Of a DNA stretch of 64,000 nt, positions 17,178 through 26,192 are shown piece by piece. The position numbers and the translations under genes are program-made. The DNA is taken from assembly GCA_015069425.1 (NCBI GenBank), contig SVIP01000002.1:102048-166047 (forward strand), given 5' to 3'. This DNA is from Clostridiales bacterium (lineage in GTDB: Bacteria > Bacillota > Clostridia > Christensenellales > Borkfalkiaceae). Positions within the stretch are counted from its first letter, which is position 1, and every line of letters starts with the position of its first letter. The notes under the pieces are model-generated. The model saw only the letters and a list, made by a program, of their open reading frames with translations. It made no database searches and had not been told where the DNA came from.

Positions 17178-18104
17178 TTAAATTTTTTGCGAAAAGATTT
17201 TGGTATAAATTTCGTTGTACTTATCTTTATAGAAAAGGTTTGTTCCGCTAGTGGTCACAGCAGCAGTTCCCGCTGCTACTGACATTCTTAGTAGTTCGTG
17301 CATAGGTACGCCTTTCATTAATCCGACACACGCAGCCGCAACCATACAATCCCCCGCACCAACGGTAGAATTTACCGCAACCGACGCACTCTTGCAGAAA
17401 TAACTTTCCGTTCCGTCAGTTAAAACAGCGCCGTCTGCACCTAAAGAGAGCAACACGTTTTTTACACCCTTATCTATGTATTTACCGCACGCTTTAATCA
17501 TGTCTTTTAAATCCACAACTGGCGAACCTGCAAAACTTTCAAGTTCACGAAGATTTGGCTTAGCCATAAAAATTTCTCGTCTGCCTATCGCAGACAACAT
17601 ATTGTTCTTCTCTGTATCCACTATAACTTTTACGTTTTCGGGAATAACTGATAAAACTTCTCCGTAATAATCAGAACTAACGCCTTTTGGCAAACTTCCG
17701 CTCATAACGGCAATCTCACAGTCTTTAGAAAGTTCCTTGACTAAACTTACAAGTTCTAATTGTTTTTCTTCACTTACCGTTTCGCCTCTATCGTTAATTT
17801 CAGTAAGCATAGACCGTTTATCTATGATTTTATAATTTGTCCTTGCGTTTCCTTTATTGTAAACAAAACTATGTTTAACGCCCTCTTTATCCAAAACGTG
17901 TTCAAACATTCTGCCATGATTATCGAACATAAATCCGGTTGCACAACTCTTTTCTCCAAGCCTTGCAATTCCCATGGCTACGTTTAGCGCTTTGCCCGAA
18001 TAAGTTTCCACCTTGCTGTCTATTCTATTGAGCATACCTACGTTTAAACTATCAAGTTCAATCGTACAGTCAATGCTCGGGTTCGGGCATATTGATAATA
18101 CCAT
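17178..18104 (-). CDS. 1-phosphofructokinase / PfkB-family sugar kinase
   Basis: 308 aa with PfkB signatures (NPSIDC..., GKALNVA, GAGDCMVAA). Confidence 0.7.
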   Translation of the reverse strand: MVLSICPNPSIDCTIELDSLNVGMLNRIDSKVETYSGKALNVAMGIARLGEKSCATGFMFDNHGRMFEHVLDKEGVKHSFVYNKGNARTNYKIIDKRSMLTEINDRGETVSEEKQLELVSLVKELSKDCEIAVMSGSLPKGVSSDYYGEVLSVIPENVKVIVDTEKNNMLSAIGRREIFMAKPNLRELESFAGSPVVDLKDMIKACGKYIDKGVKNVLLSLGADGAVLTDGTESYFCKSASVAVNSTVGAGDCMVAAACVGLMKGVPMHELLRMSVAAGTAAVTTSGTNLFYKDKYNEIYTKIFSQKI

Positions 18105-18140
18105 TACTATTCATCTCCTATCCACTTTTTATAAAGTGGT

Positions 18141-20201
18141 TTATTTTTTTGCATCTGCTATAATTTTTTCTTGCGCTTGGTAAGGAACGTCTTCATAACA
18201 TAAGAATTCCGAACTAAACTTTCCACGACCTTGAGTCATACTTCTAAGGTCTGTTGCGTATTTAAGCATTTCAATTAATGGTGCTTCTGCAGAAATTTCT
18301 TGCAGACCGTCCACCATTTCCATACCTAAAATTCTGCCACGACGCTTATTCATATCCCCTAATATATCGCCCGTGTAATTATCTGGCACGATAATTTTAT
18401 ATGAATACACTGGCTCTAATATTACTGGTTGAGCACGAGTTAGTGCATCTTCAAAAGCAAGTTTTGCAGCAGACACGAACGCAACTTCCTTACTGTCTAC
18501 AGGGTGATATTTTCCATCAAACAATGTACACTTTAGATTTACCACTGGGTATCCGGCAAGCACGCCCTTTTGGATTGCCTCTCTTAAGCCCTTTTCAACC
18601 GCAGGAATAAATTGTTTTGGAACTGAACCGCCGACAGTTTCGTCAACAAACTCAAACACTCCGTCGCTTGCACCCGGTTCAAACCTGATGTTTACCACAC
18701 CAAACTGACCTGCACCGCCCGTCTGTTTCTTATGTTTTCCTTCGCCTTCGGCTTTTCCTTTTATAGTTTCCTTAAAAGCAACTTTCGGTTCGCCCAAAAC
18801 TGCCTCACAACCAAACTTGGCTTTTAATTTTTTACAAAGCACTTCAAGTTGTGTTTCACCTTGACCACGAATAACCGTCTCACCAGTATCTTTATCTTTT
18901 TCCACCTTAAAGGTCAAATCTTCTTCCGCTAAGCGGTTTAAACCTTGGAAAACTTTGTCTTCTTCTCCACTCTTAGCCGCACTTATCTTCATAGTAAGAA
19001 CGGGTGCGGGGAAAGGAATTTCATAATACTTAATCTTAAACGATTCTTCGCAAAGCGTGTCTACCGTGTTGGTGTTGTTAAGTTTATTAACCGCACCGAT
19101 ATCCCCTGCCACTAATTCGTCAACAACCTCTTGCTTTTTGCCTTTCATAACGTAAATTGTGTTAATACGTTCTTTTTCTCCCGTAGTAGAATTATAAACA
19201 GTCATACCGCTCTTAAGCGTACCTGTAAATACTCTAATCATATTGAGTTTACCAACGAAAGGATCGGCAACCGTCTTAAATACTTGCCCAGAAAATGCCT
19301 TGCTTTCGTCACAAACAACTGATAAAACGTCGCCTTTTTCGTCTGATGCTAAAACGGGTCTTCTTTCAAACGGTGACGGTAGTAAATCAACGATTTCATA
19401 CATTAAGTTAATAACACCCATATTTTGCGTAGCCGAACCGCCCATAATCGGAACGGTATCACCCACGGTAAGACCTTTTCTAACGCCCGCAACTATTTCG
19501 TCGTTAGTAAGCGTCCCCTCCGACAAGTACTTGTCCAAAAGTTCTTCGCTAGTTTCTGCCGCCGATTCGGTTAATGCCTCTTTTAATAATTCAACGTCGC
19601 CCACCATATTTTCTGGAACGTCAATGGGGTTTCTTCCACCTTGAGTAAATTCAAATGCCTTTCCAGAAATTACCGAAACGTATCCTTTCATTTTGCCGTC
19701 ACGTAAAATTGGCAAGTGAGTTGGAGAAATTTTCTTACCGTATTTTTCCCTAAACGCCTCAACCGTTGCAACGTAATTAGAATTCTCTTTATCTATACCA
19801 TTAACGAAAATCATAAGCGGAATATGACGACGCAAACAATAATCTATTGCTTTTTCCGCACCAACAGCGATGCTACCAGTGGCGTCCGCAACTAAAACCG
19901 CAGAACCAACCGCACGCATTGCACTTTCAAATTCGCCCTCAAAATCATAAAAACCTGGCACGTCCACTATGTTAATCTTAACGTCGTCCCAATAAGTATA
20001 CGCACAAGCAAGAGAAATAGATATACCCCTTTGCATTTCTTGTTCATCATAGTCCATTACCGTATTCTTATCGGCTGTTTTGCCTAGTCTGTCAATACTC
20101 TTGCCATTAAACAAAATTGCTTCGGCAAGAGAAGTTTTACCTGCTCCGCTATGTCCAATAATAGCAATATTCCTTATATCTTTGGAATTAATTTTACCCA
20201 T
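18141..20201 (-). CDS. Elongation factor G paralogue (translational GTPase)
   Basis: GHSGAGKTS P-loop, DVPG and NGID motifs, and full EF-G domain order. Start moved to M19 (RBS AGGGGGA). The ORF-track M1 lies within the predicted promoter/TSS region. Confidence 0.85.
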   Translation of the reverse strand: MGKINSKDIRNIAIIGHSGAGKTSLAEAILFNGKSIDRLGKTADKNTVMDYDEQEMQRGISISLACAYTYWDDVKINIVDVPGFYDFEGEFESAMRAVGSAVLVADATGSIAVGAEKAIDYCLRRHIPLMIFVNGIDKENSNYVATVEAFREKYGKKISPTHLPILRDGKMKGYVSVISGKAFEFTQGGRNPIDVPENMVGDVELLKEALTESAAETSEELLDKYLSEGTLTNDEIVAGVRKGLTVGDTVPIMGGSATQNMGVINLMYEIVDLLPSPFERRPVLASDEKGDVLSVVCDESKAFSGQVFKTVADPFVGKLNMIRVFTGTLKSGMTVYNSTTGEKERINTIYVMKGKKQEVVDELVAGDIGAVNKLNNTNTVDTLCEESFKIKYYEIPFPAPVLTMKISAAKSGEEDKVFQGLNRLAEEDLTFKVEKDKDTGETVIRGQGETQLEVLCKKLKAKFGCEAVLGEPKVAFKETIKGKAEGEGKHKKQTGGAGQFGVVNIRFEPGASDGVFEFVDETVGGSVPKQFIPAVEKGLREAIQKGVLAGYPVVNLKCTLFDGKYHPVDSKEVAFVSAAKLAFEDALTRAQPVILEPVYSYKIIVPDNYTGDILGDMNKRRGRILGMEMVDGLQEISAEAPLIEMLKYATDLRSMTQGRGKFSSEFLCYEDVPYQAQEKIIADAKK

Positions 20202-20257
20202 AATTTTTTGTCCCCCTATATTTTGTGGTAAAATCTCCGCAACTTGCGGTTTCATTC

Positions 20258-20286
20258 ATTATAAACCATAACCGCCTTTTTTTCAA
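20258..20286 (-). promoter_or_regulatory. Sigma-A promoter (TTGAAA, 17 nt, TATAAT) for the EF-G paralogue
   Basis: Minus-strand hexamers at 20286-20281 and 20263-20258. Confidence 0.6.
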
Positions 20287-20329
20287 GGGGGTTTTAAAAA
20301 ATAATTTGCTTTTTTTGGAATTTTTTGGA

Positions 20330-20749
20330 TTAATAATCGTCAAGGTCTGACAAGTCTAAATTAAATCCCATCTGTTCATCTCTGGGTTGCGGACGATTAG
20401 GAGGGCAAGACGGTGGACACGGTGGTGGACACGGCGATCTACAATCGCTACCTTTAGGCTTGCAGTTTGCACTAGGACTATTTAACTTTACGTTGGGAGC
20501 ACAAGTATCGTTGCACTTTAAGTCAACCAAAATTACGTCTCCACCTATTTTTATAATTTTACTTTCGTCAATATAGACCTCCGTTCTATTGAAACAAGTA
20601 AAGAGCCCCGTTCTTCTGCCTGGAACGACTATTCCCACAATCACGCCTTGTGGAAACTTAAACTTCATATCTATAATTCTGCCTAAGCATCTACCGTCAG
20701 AAATATTTATTACGTCTTTTTTCGCTAAATCCCTATAAGATAATTCCAT
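20330..20749 (-). CDS. ylmC: YlmC/YmxH-family (PRC-barrel) sporulation protein with Cys/Pro-rich C-terminal tail
   Basis: The first ~80 aa (LAKKDVINISDGRCLGRIIDM...IIKIGGDVILVDL) match YlmC/YmxH. The tail CRSPCPPPCPPSCPPNRPQP... is extra. Confidence 0.75.
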   Translation of the reverse strand: MELSYRDLAKKDVINISDGRCLGRIIDMKFKFPQGVIVGIVVPGRRTGLFTCFNRTEVYIDESKIIKIGGDVILVDLKCNDTCAPNVKLNSPSANCKPKGSDCRSPCPPPCPPSCPPNRPQPRDEQMGFNLDLSDLDDY

Positions 20750-20784
20750 AATACTAAAATATGATAGAGAGGGATAAAAAATGC

Positions 20785-20822
20785 AAAAAATTAACGCCTT
20801 GCTCGTCCAAAAAGCAAGGCGC
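20785..20822 (-). terminator. Intrinsic terminator
   Basis: Minus-strand GCGCCTTGC...GCAAGGCG hairpin followed by TTAATTTTTT. Confidence 0.65.
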
Positions 20823-20842
20823 TAAAGAAAATATTAAAATTA

Positions 20843-21616
20843 TTATTTATTGTTTATTGCTCTTTTTTTATTTATCGATCTAATAGCGTATACAACTCCG
20901 TAAACAGCAAGCACCGCCAAGAAAAATACGATAGGATTAAATATCATAAGCGACCATTTTGGAATAATCCCGTTTGAAACAAGCCCAATGTAAAATGCAT
21001 CTTCTTCTAAGAAAAACCAGTTGTGTTGCATTAATACGTTGCCAAGTTTTGCCCATAAAGTAATTAGGACAAGCAGTATTGCAGAAGTGTAACATTTTTT
21101 AATATTAGGTTTAACCTCTCCAAACGCTACGGTAAGCACACCCCAAACGAATAGCGTTCCGTGATAGAACATAGTTTGAACGGCTTGATAACACCATGGC
21201 TCGCCCTCACCAACACTTGCAGGGTAGCAAAGATACATAAGTGGTGCTAAAATAGAGAGCATTGCAATCGGCTCAATAATCTTTTTGCCGTTTCTATTAA
21301 ACTGCACGATGCCAACAAGCGGACAAAGAACGGTGCAGACGTGGAAAGGCAACTTATCCATATTTAGATAGCCAGAAGTGTAAACAAATTCATGCATAAA
21401 GAAATCTGATAAATACGAAAGTATCAATAGATATGCTAAAATTCGTAATACTTTCACTTTTTTATCAGTTTCTTTTTTTCTAAAAAGAAAATAAAGCAAA
21501 AATGCCGTGCCAAAAATCAAAAGCATATACACTATGTGTGGCACGGAAAAGGGGGTGATTTTTATCCCCGTGTTAAAATGCGAACTCTCAAATAACTTAA
21601 CAAATAAATCTCTCAT
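20843..21616 (-). CDS. YwaF/TIGR02206-like integral membrane protein
   Basis: 257 aa, polytopic, with an LPFHVC motif. Tandem paralogue of the next gene. Confidence 0.5.
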   Translation of the reverse strand: MRDLFVKLFESSHFNTGIKITPFSVPHIVYMLLIFGTAFLLYFLFRKKETDKKVKVLRILAYLLILSYLSDFFMHEFVYTSGYLNMDKLPFHVCTVLCPLVGIVQFNRNGKKIIEPIAMLSILAPLMYLCYPASVGEGEPWCYQAVQTMFYHGTLFVWGVLTVAFGEVKPNIKKCYTSAILLVLITLWAKLGNVLMQHNWFFLEEDAFYIGLVSNGIIPKWSLMIFNPIVFFLAVLAVYGVVYAIRSINKKRAINNK

Positions 21617-22389
21617 ACTCTTTCCTTAATTTCTTCTTCAATATATTTTTTTAGTCTAGAATACCATCTTTCTTCTTTGGGTAATCTATTCTCATAAAGA
21701 GCCAAAATGATAAACATTAATATAATTGCCCCAATGCCAAGTATCATAGGCGAAACAGGAAAATACGGATTAGATAGCAAAAACATTCCGTCAATAGGCG
21801 TCATGCCAAATTTGGTGTATAGCCAATTAACAAGCAAACCACAACAAACGAAAGTGCCAAGTCCAAAAATCACGCTAAGCACGTTAAACATTCCTATTTT
21901 AACGTATCCGCCCACCATTAAGTACAAGCAACCGAATAGCATGGTAGAGTGGCTAAGCATTCCTTTTAAAACGTTATAGTTTAAAAGGGTTGGATTTGCA
22001 TCAAAGTTTGCATTAAAGACTAACCCTATAACACCGCACACTATTCCGCCATAAAAACAAAAATCCGCAAGCAACTTAAAAATAACTCTGTTTTTATTTT
22101 TAATAAGCGAAACAATAAGCAACATCCACATAACCACGTTACAAGGATATACTGGCAAAATATGGTTTGCTTCAACCGTATTTTGACCGCCTGTAGTAAA
22201 AAATTCCACCCAAATGTTGCTATAGTGAATTATTACCGTTATCACTGCGGAAATCGAAACTATTAAATTTTTACTTTTTTGGTCTTTAACCTTTATTTCA
22301 AATAAGACTAAAAGTCCAATCGTCAAAGCAAAGGAAATAGCCAAATATAAAATATGCTGAAGATTAAACATTATATAATCATTATACAA
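21613..22389 (-). CDS. YwaF/TIGR02206-like integral membrane protein (paralogue)
   Basis: 258 aa, polytopic, with an LPVYPCN motif. 4-nt overlap with the downstream paralogue. Confidence 0.5.
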   Translation of the reverse strand: MYNDYIMFNLQHILYLAISFALTIGLLVLFEIKVKDQKSKNLIVSISAVITVIIHYSNIWVEFFTTGGQNTVEANHILPVYPCNVVMWMLLIVSLIKNKNRVIFKLLADFCFYGGIVCGVIGLVFNANFDANPTLLNYNVLKGMLSHSTMLFGCLYLMVGGYVKIGMFNVLSVIFGLGTFVCCGLLVNWLYTKFGMTPIDGMFLLSNPYFPVSPMILGIGAIILMFIILALYENRLPKEERWYSRLKKYIEEEIKERV

Positions 22390-22426
22390 CTTTCGACAAA
22401 TAATGCAAGTGTTTTTTACTAGAATA

Positions 22427-22470
22427 CAAAATACTCGACGACAAATTAAATTTGACGTCGAGTATTTTTG
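22427..22470 (-). terminator. Hairpin terminator downstream of sigG
   Basis: CAAAAATACTCGACG...CGTCGAGTATTTTG long inverted repeat that incorporates the A/T tracts. Confidence 0.55.
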
Positions 22471-22503
22471 TATAAAAATTAACTATTCAAAATAACAAGA
22501 GGT

Positions 22504-23277
22504 TTATACTCTTATAATCTGTTTTATTTCTTTTAAGGCGTTTTTTTCTAAACGGGAAACTTGGGCTTGACTTATCCCTACTTCCTTGCTTATTTCCGTT
22601 TGAGTTTTCCCCTCGTAATATCTTAAATATATTATCTTTTTTTCTCGCTCGGAAAGTGTGGAAACTGCGCTAGTTAGCGCTACTTTTTCCGTCCAGTTCT
22701 CATCAGTATTTTTTGTATCGCCTATCTGGTCGACAAGCAGTAATTCGTCGCCCGATTTATTATATACAGGATCATAAATTGACACCGTATCGGAAATTGC
22801 GTCTAATGCATACACGACTTCGGATAGTGCTACGTTCATATTTTTAGCAATATTTTCTAAACTAGCGTCCTTATCTTCTTTTTCAAGTTCAGTCCTTGTC
22901 TTTAGTGCAAGATATGCGGTATCTCTTATACTTCTAGATATCCTCATACTGTTACCGTCTCTCAATAATCTTTTAATGTCTCCGATTATCATTGGCACGG
23001 CGTACGTTGAGAATTTGACTCCAAAACTTAGATCAAAGTTATTTATCGCTTTTATAAGCCCTATACAGCCTGCTTGAAAAACGTCGTCCGAATTAGCGTT
23101 TTTTAAGTGAAAACGCTTAATGACCGATAAAACAAGTCGCATATTCGCAACAATAAATTCTTCTCTTGCCGTCTCGTCTCCTGATTTCAACCTAACCAAA
23201 AGAGCATTGCTTTCCTCTTCACTAAGTCGTGGCAAGGTTGCTGTATTCACTCCGCAAATTACTACTTTACTATTCAT
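22504..23277 (-). CDS. sigG: Sporulation sigma factor SigG
   Basis: 257 aa. VVICGVNTATLPRLSEEE...NMRLVLSVIKRF matches the SigG N-terminus. Synteny directly after sigE. Confidence 0.85.
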   Translation of the reverse strand: MNSKVVICGVNTATLPRLSEEESNALLVRLKSGDETAREEFIVANMRLVLSVIKRFHLKNANSDDVFQAGCIGLIKAINNFDLSFGVKFSTYAVPMIIGDIKRLLRDGNSMRISRSIRDTAYLALKTRTELEKEDKDASLENIAKNMNVALSEVVYALDAISDTVSIYDPVYNKSGDELLLVDQIGDTKNTDENWTEKVALTSAVSTLSEREKKIIYLRYYEGKTQTEISKEVGISQAQVSRLEKNALKEIKQIIRV

Positions 23278-23341
23278 AAATCCTCCTTTATGTACTCTCT
23301 TTAAAGGGAAGATTTATTTAGTATACCTTAATATAAAATTA

Positions 23342-24052
23342 TCATACCATTTTTGAAAATTCTTTTTTTAATCGCACTATTATTTTTTTCTCTAATCGTG
23401 ATATGTAACTTTGCGAAATCCCTAACATATCCGCAACTTCTTTTTGTGTTTTTTCTTCGCCACCTAACAATCCATATCGAAGTTCCATAATCTCTCGTTC
23501 TCTATCGTTAAGTTTTGTCAGTGCAACCCCTAAAAGTTCGGCTTCCACACCGTTCTCTATCTTTTTGTAAACCATATCTCCGTCCGTTCCCATAACGTCT
23601 GAGAGCATAAGTTCATTGCCCTCCCAGTCAGTATTTAACGGCTCGTCGAAAGATACTTCACTTTTTTGCTTTACCGTTCTTCTTAAATGCATAAGTATCT
23701 CGTTTTCAATGCATCTTGAGGCATAAGTGGCTAACTTTATATTTTTATCAGTATTAAAAGAGTTTACCGCCTTTATTAGTCCTATAGTTCCAACTGAAAC
23801 TAAATCATCTAAATCCACCCCCGTATTTTCAAAACGGCGTGCAATATATACTACCAATCTAAGATTATGTTCAATTAATTTATCTTTTACTTCTTTGTCC
23901 CCTTCGGCAAGTTTCCCAACCATCGCACTTTCTTCTTCTGTAGTATACGGCATTGGCAACACCTCACCGCCACCGATAAAACGCAAAAGATTTTCAGACA
24001 GACTTAATTTTTTAAGAAATTTTTTTAATTTTAAAAACACTTTCAACTTCAT
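23342..24052 (-). CDS. sigE: Sporulation sigma factor SigE (pro-sigma-E)
   Basis: 236 aa. Basic pro-sequence, then [26 protein letters not shown] and [11 protein letters not shown], close to B. subtilis SigE as remembered. Confidence 0.9.
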   Translation of the reverse strand: MKLKVFLKLKKFLKKLSLSENLLRFIGGGEVLPMPYTTEEESAMVGKLAEGDKEVKDKLIEHNLRLVVYIARRFENTGVDLDDLVSVGTIGLIKAVNSFNTDKNIKLATYASRCIENEILMHLRRTVKQKSEVSFDEPLNTDWEGNELMLSDVMGTDGDMVYKKIENGVEAELLGVALTKLNDREREIMELRYGLLGGEEKTQKEVADMLGISQSYISRLEKKIIVRLKKEFSKMV

Positions 24053-24839
24053 TGCTATTCTCCATGAGCGCAGGGTGTAAAATAACCTCGTAACCCTCCC
24101 CCACGCTTTTAACTGCGCATAAGGTTACGTTATTATATATATTCGGCTCGTCCTTATTATATATCTTTAATACATCTAATTTAACCGCAAAATTTTCGAC
24201 TTGTCCACTTACAGTATTAATAGGAATTTTTTTTAGTTTACATTCTAAAAGGGCATCTCCAATCAAGCGGAAAAAGGCGTCTTTCTCGCAAAATATTACG
24301 GGACTATCACCGTCATAAACCCCGTTTCCCGTATCATAAAAGCCACTTGCAACAATTTCTCTACCTCTAAAAACCATTTGCACTTTTGTTTTTAAAGACG
24401 CAATATCTTTTCTCCTATAAAGGTATTTAACAACACAAATAAACCCTTTGAGCAAAAAATAGACAGGTATGACTATTGTTGCAACGGAAAACTCAGTTGA
24501 ATAATTTATTCCGAGTAAATTATAAACCCCTAAAATCGCCCCGCCAGTTATAAAGGTGTAAGAAAAAAAGACAGTCGTGTTTATTACGTACCCTCTAATA
24601 CTCTTAAATTTAACGGCAAGTAAAACGATAAGTAACCCTGATAAAATCTTAAGCAAAGTTTGCAAAAGATAAAAATTTTCTAAAAGCGGAAATAAAAGCG
24701 CAACTATTCCCCCAAAAAGAGCGCAAAGAAAAAGCCTACTTTTCTTCACCGCAATGCCGGTAGTAGAAAAAGTGGCTTTTAGTAACAAATAATCGATTAT
24801 AAAATTATCAATTAAAACGTACTCGATATAAACAGTCAT
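24012..24839 (-). CDS. spoIIGA: Sigma-E processing peptidase SpoIIGA
   Basis: Starts [20 protein letters not shown] (RBS GGGAGA). Membrane N-terminal half and a C-terminal domain with a DTGN aspartic-protease motif. The ORF-track start at 24878 is trimmed. Confidence 0.85.
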   Translation of the reverse strand: MTVYIEYVLIDNFIIDYLLLKATFSTTGIAVKKSRLFLCALFGGIVALLFPLLENFYLLQTLLKILSGLLIVLLAVKFKSIRGYVINTTVFFSYTFITGGAILGVYNLLGINYSTEFSVATIVIPVYFLLKGFICVVKYLYRRKDIASLKTKVQMVFRGREIVASGFYDTGNGVYDGDSPVIFCEKDAFFRLIGDALLECKLKKIPINTVSGQVENFAVKLDVLKIYNKDEPNIYNNVTLCAVKSVGEGYEVILHPALMENSNEVESVFKIKKIS

Positions 24840-24957
24840 CTTTCTCCCCGTGCCAAAGTATTCTAGCACGGAAAGCAACTGATTTTTAGTAACATTTTAG
24901 TATTAAATTTGGATTTTTGTAGAAAGTGCTTCGTCTTACAAAGTCAGTATTATCGAT

Positions 24958-25074
24958 AAAGGATTAGATGCGAGCAGGTCAAGGCACGCGAGTATTTTGA
25001 TGGGGCGTGTACTTTTTGTACACAACCCGAGAAACACGGAGCGTAACACAGAGATGCGACGCATATAAACCTTT
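24958..25074 (+). repeat. Structured intergenic element, copy A
   Basis: Homologous to 39617-39714 and 39739-39855. Closing helix AAAGGATTAGATGCG / CGCATATAAACCTTT (13/15). Central hairpin GGGGCGTGTAC-TTTTT-GTACACAACCC. Strand is the orientation shared by all copies, not a proven transcript. Confidence 0.7.
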
Positions 25075-25075
25075 T

Positions 25076-26188
25076 TTACCCTTTCATAAAGGCGAGTATA
25101 ATATCATTTTGAACGTATAAGTACTCTTCTTTTATTTTTAAATTATCTCCGTTTTTTTCTAAAAACTGTGCTTTTTTGTTTAGTTCTACCTTGTATTCAT
25201 TATCAAAATCACTGTCAAAGGTCTTATTGTATTCTTTTATATTTAGTCCGTCTTCCGTACGAAGAGCGAGCATTATGAACTCAAACCTTGCATCAGTATC
25301 TTCAATTACATCAGAAGAAATTTCGGGAGATTTATTATAAATAACCGCATTCATATACTCGTCTATACTGAAAGTATTAGTAAATCTCCTATTTTCCATA
25401 AACGAACTTGCAGAAACACCAACGCCTATATACTCACCACGTTTCCAATAATTCATATTGTGGCGTGAGCGGTAACCGTCTAAGCAGAAATTAGATACTT
25501 CATAACGGTTAAAACCTTTTTCCTTTAAGTACGCCCTAATACCATCGTAAATATCCGCAACCTCGTCGTCGGAGAGCAATTCCCCGTTTAAGTAATCGGT
25601 ATAAATTGGCGTACCGACTTCTGGGGTTAGAGCGTAAACGGAAATGTGTTTTGCTCCACCTGCGATTGCCAAATCCGCCGTCTTTTTAACTTGTTCTAAA
25701 GTTTGGTTGCTTAATCCTATTAAAATATCCGCACTTATATTTTCACCTTTTAATAGATTACAACAATTTAAAAAGTCTTTTGCAGTGTGAATACGATTTA
25801 ATCTTTTAAGTTGGTCGTCATAACCTGTTTGTAGCCCTATAGAAAAGCGGTTTATTCCTACTGATTTATATTCTTTAATTTTTTCTTCGTCTACCGTACC
25901 GGGGTTAAGTTCAATAGTGATTTCCGCAGTTTCACGAACGTGAAAGCATTTTTTAATCTGCCTAATTGCACCCGCAATAAATTTTGCAGGAACAACTGAC
26001 GGAGTGCCACCACCAATATAAATGGTGTCTATAACTCTACCGGGATATTGCTTACTTCTTCCCTCAATTTCACGATAAAGGCAAGCAAAATAACTTTCCG
26101 CTTTGCCTATTTCTCTTGGGTATGACGCAAAATCACAGTATGTACATTTTTGTTTGCAAAAAGGCACGTGTAAATAAATTCCACTCAT
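25076..26188 (-). CDS. hemW: Radical SAM HemN-like protein (heme chaperone HemW type)
   Basis: Starts MSGIYLHVPFCKQKCTYCDF (CxxxCxxC radical SAM). The ORF-track extension to 26296 overlaps lepA. Conserved lepA-hemW synteny. Confidence 0.85.
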   Translation of the reverse strand: MSGIYLHVPFCKQKCTYCDFASYPREIGKAESYFACLYREIEGRSKQYPGRVIDTIYIGGGTPSVVPAKFIAGAIRQIKKCFHVRETAEITIELNPGTVDEEKIKEYKSVGINRFSIGLQTGYDDQLKRLNRIHTAKDFLNCCNLLKGENISADILIGLSNQTLEQVKKTADLAIAGGAKHISVYALTPEVGTPIYTDYLNGELLSDDEVADIYDGIRAYLKEKGFNRYEVSNFCLDGYRSRHNMNYWKRGEYIGVGVSASSFMENRRFTNTFSIDEYMNAVIYNKSPEISSDVIEDTDARFEFIMLALRTEDGLNIKEYNKTFDSDFDNEYKVELNKKAQFLEKNGDNLKIKEEYLYVQNDIILAFMKG

Positions 26189-26192
26189 AACT

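Noticed and set aside
18105-18140. Terminator between the EF-G paralogue and pfkB.
   Set aside because: The CCACTTT...AAAGTGG hairpin is followed by a T-run only on the plus strand, where no gene ends. On the minus strand it is followed directly by the pfkB RBS, so the two genes are probably co-transcribed.
20202-20255. First 18 codons of the EF-G paralogue ORF.
   Set aside because: The ATG at 20255 lies 2 nt downstream of the predicted -10 hexamer, upstream of the expected transcription start. A good RBS precedes M19, which aligns with the usual EF-G N-terminus.
24958-25074. Classical MITE or transposon remnant, or Spo0A-box cluster, as the explanation for the dispersed element.
   Set aside because: There is no transposase or integrase in the window and no obvious direct target-site duplications. 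The terminal arms differ between loci while remaining complementary, unlike conserved MITE terminal inverted repeats. The 0A-box-like string TTCGAC occurs in copies B and C but is mutated (TTTGAT) in copy A, the only copy near a Spo0A-dependent operon.
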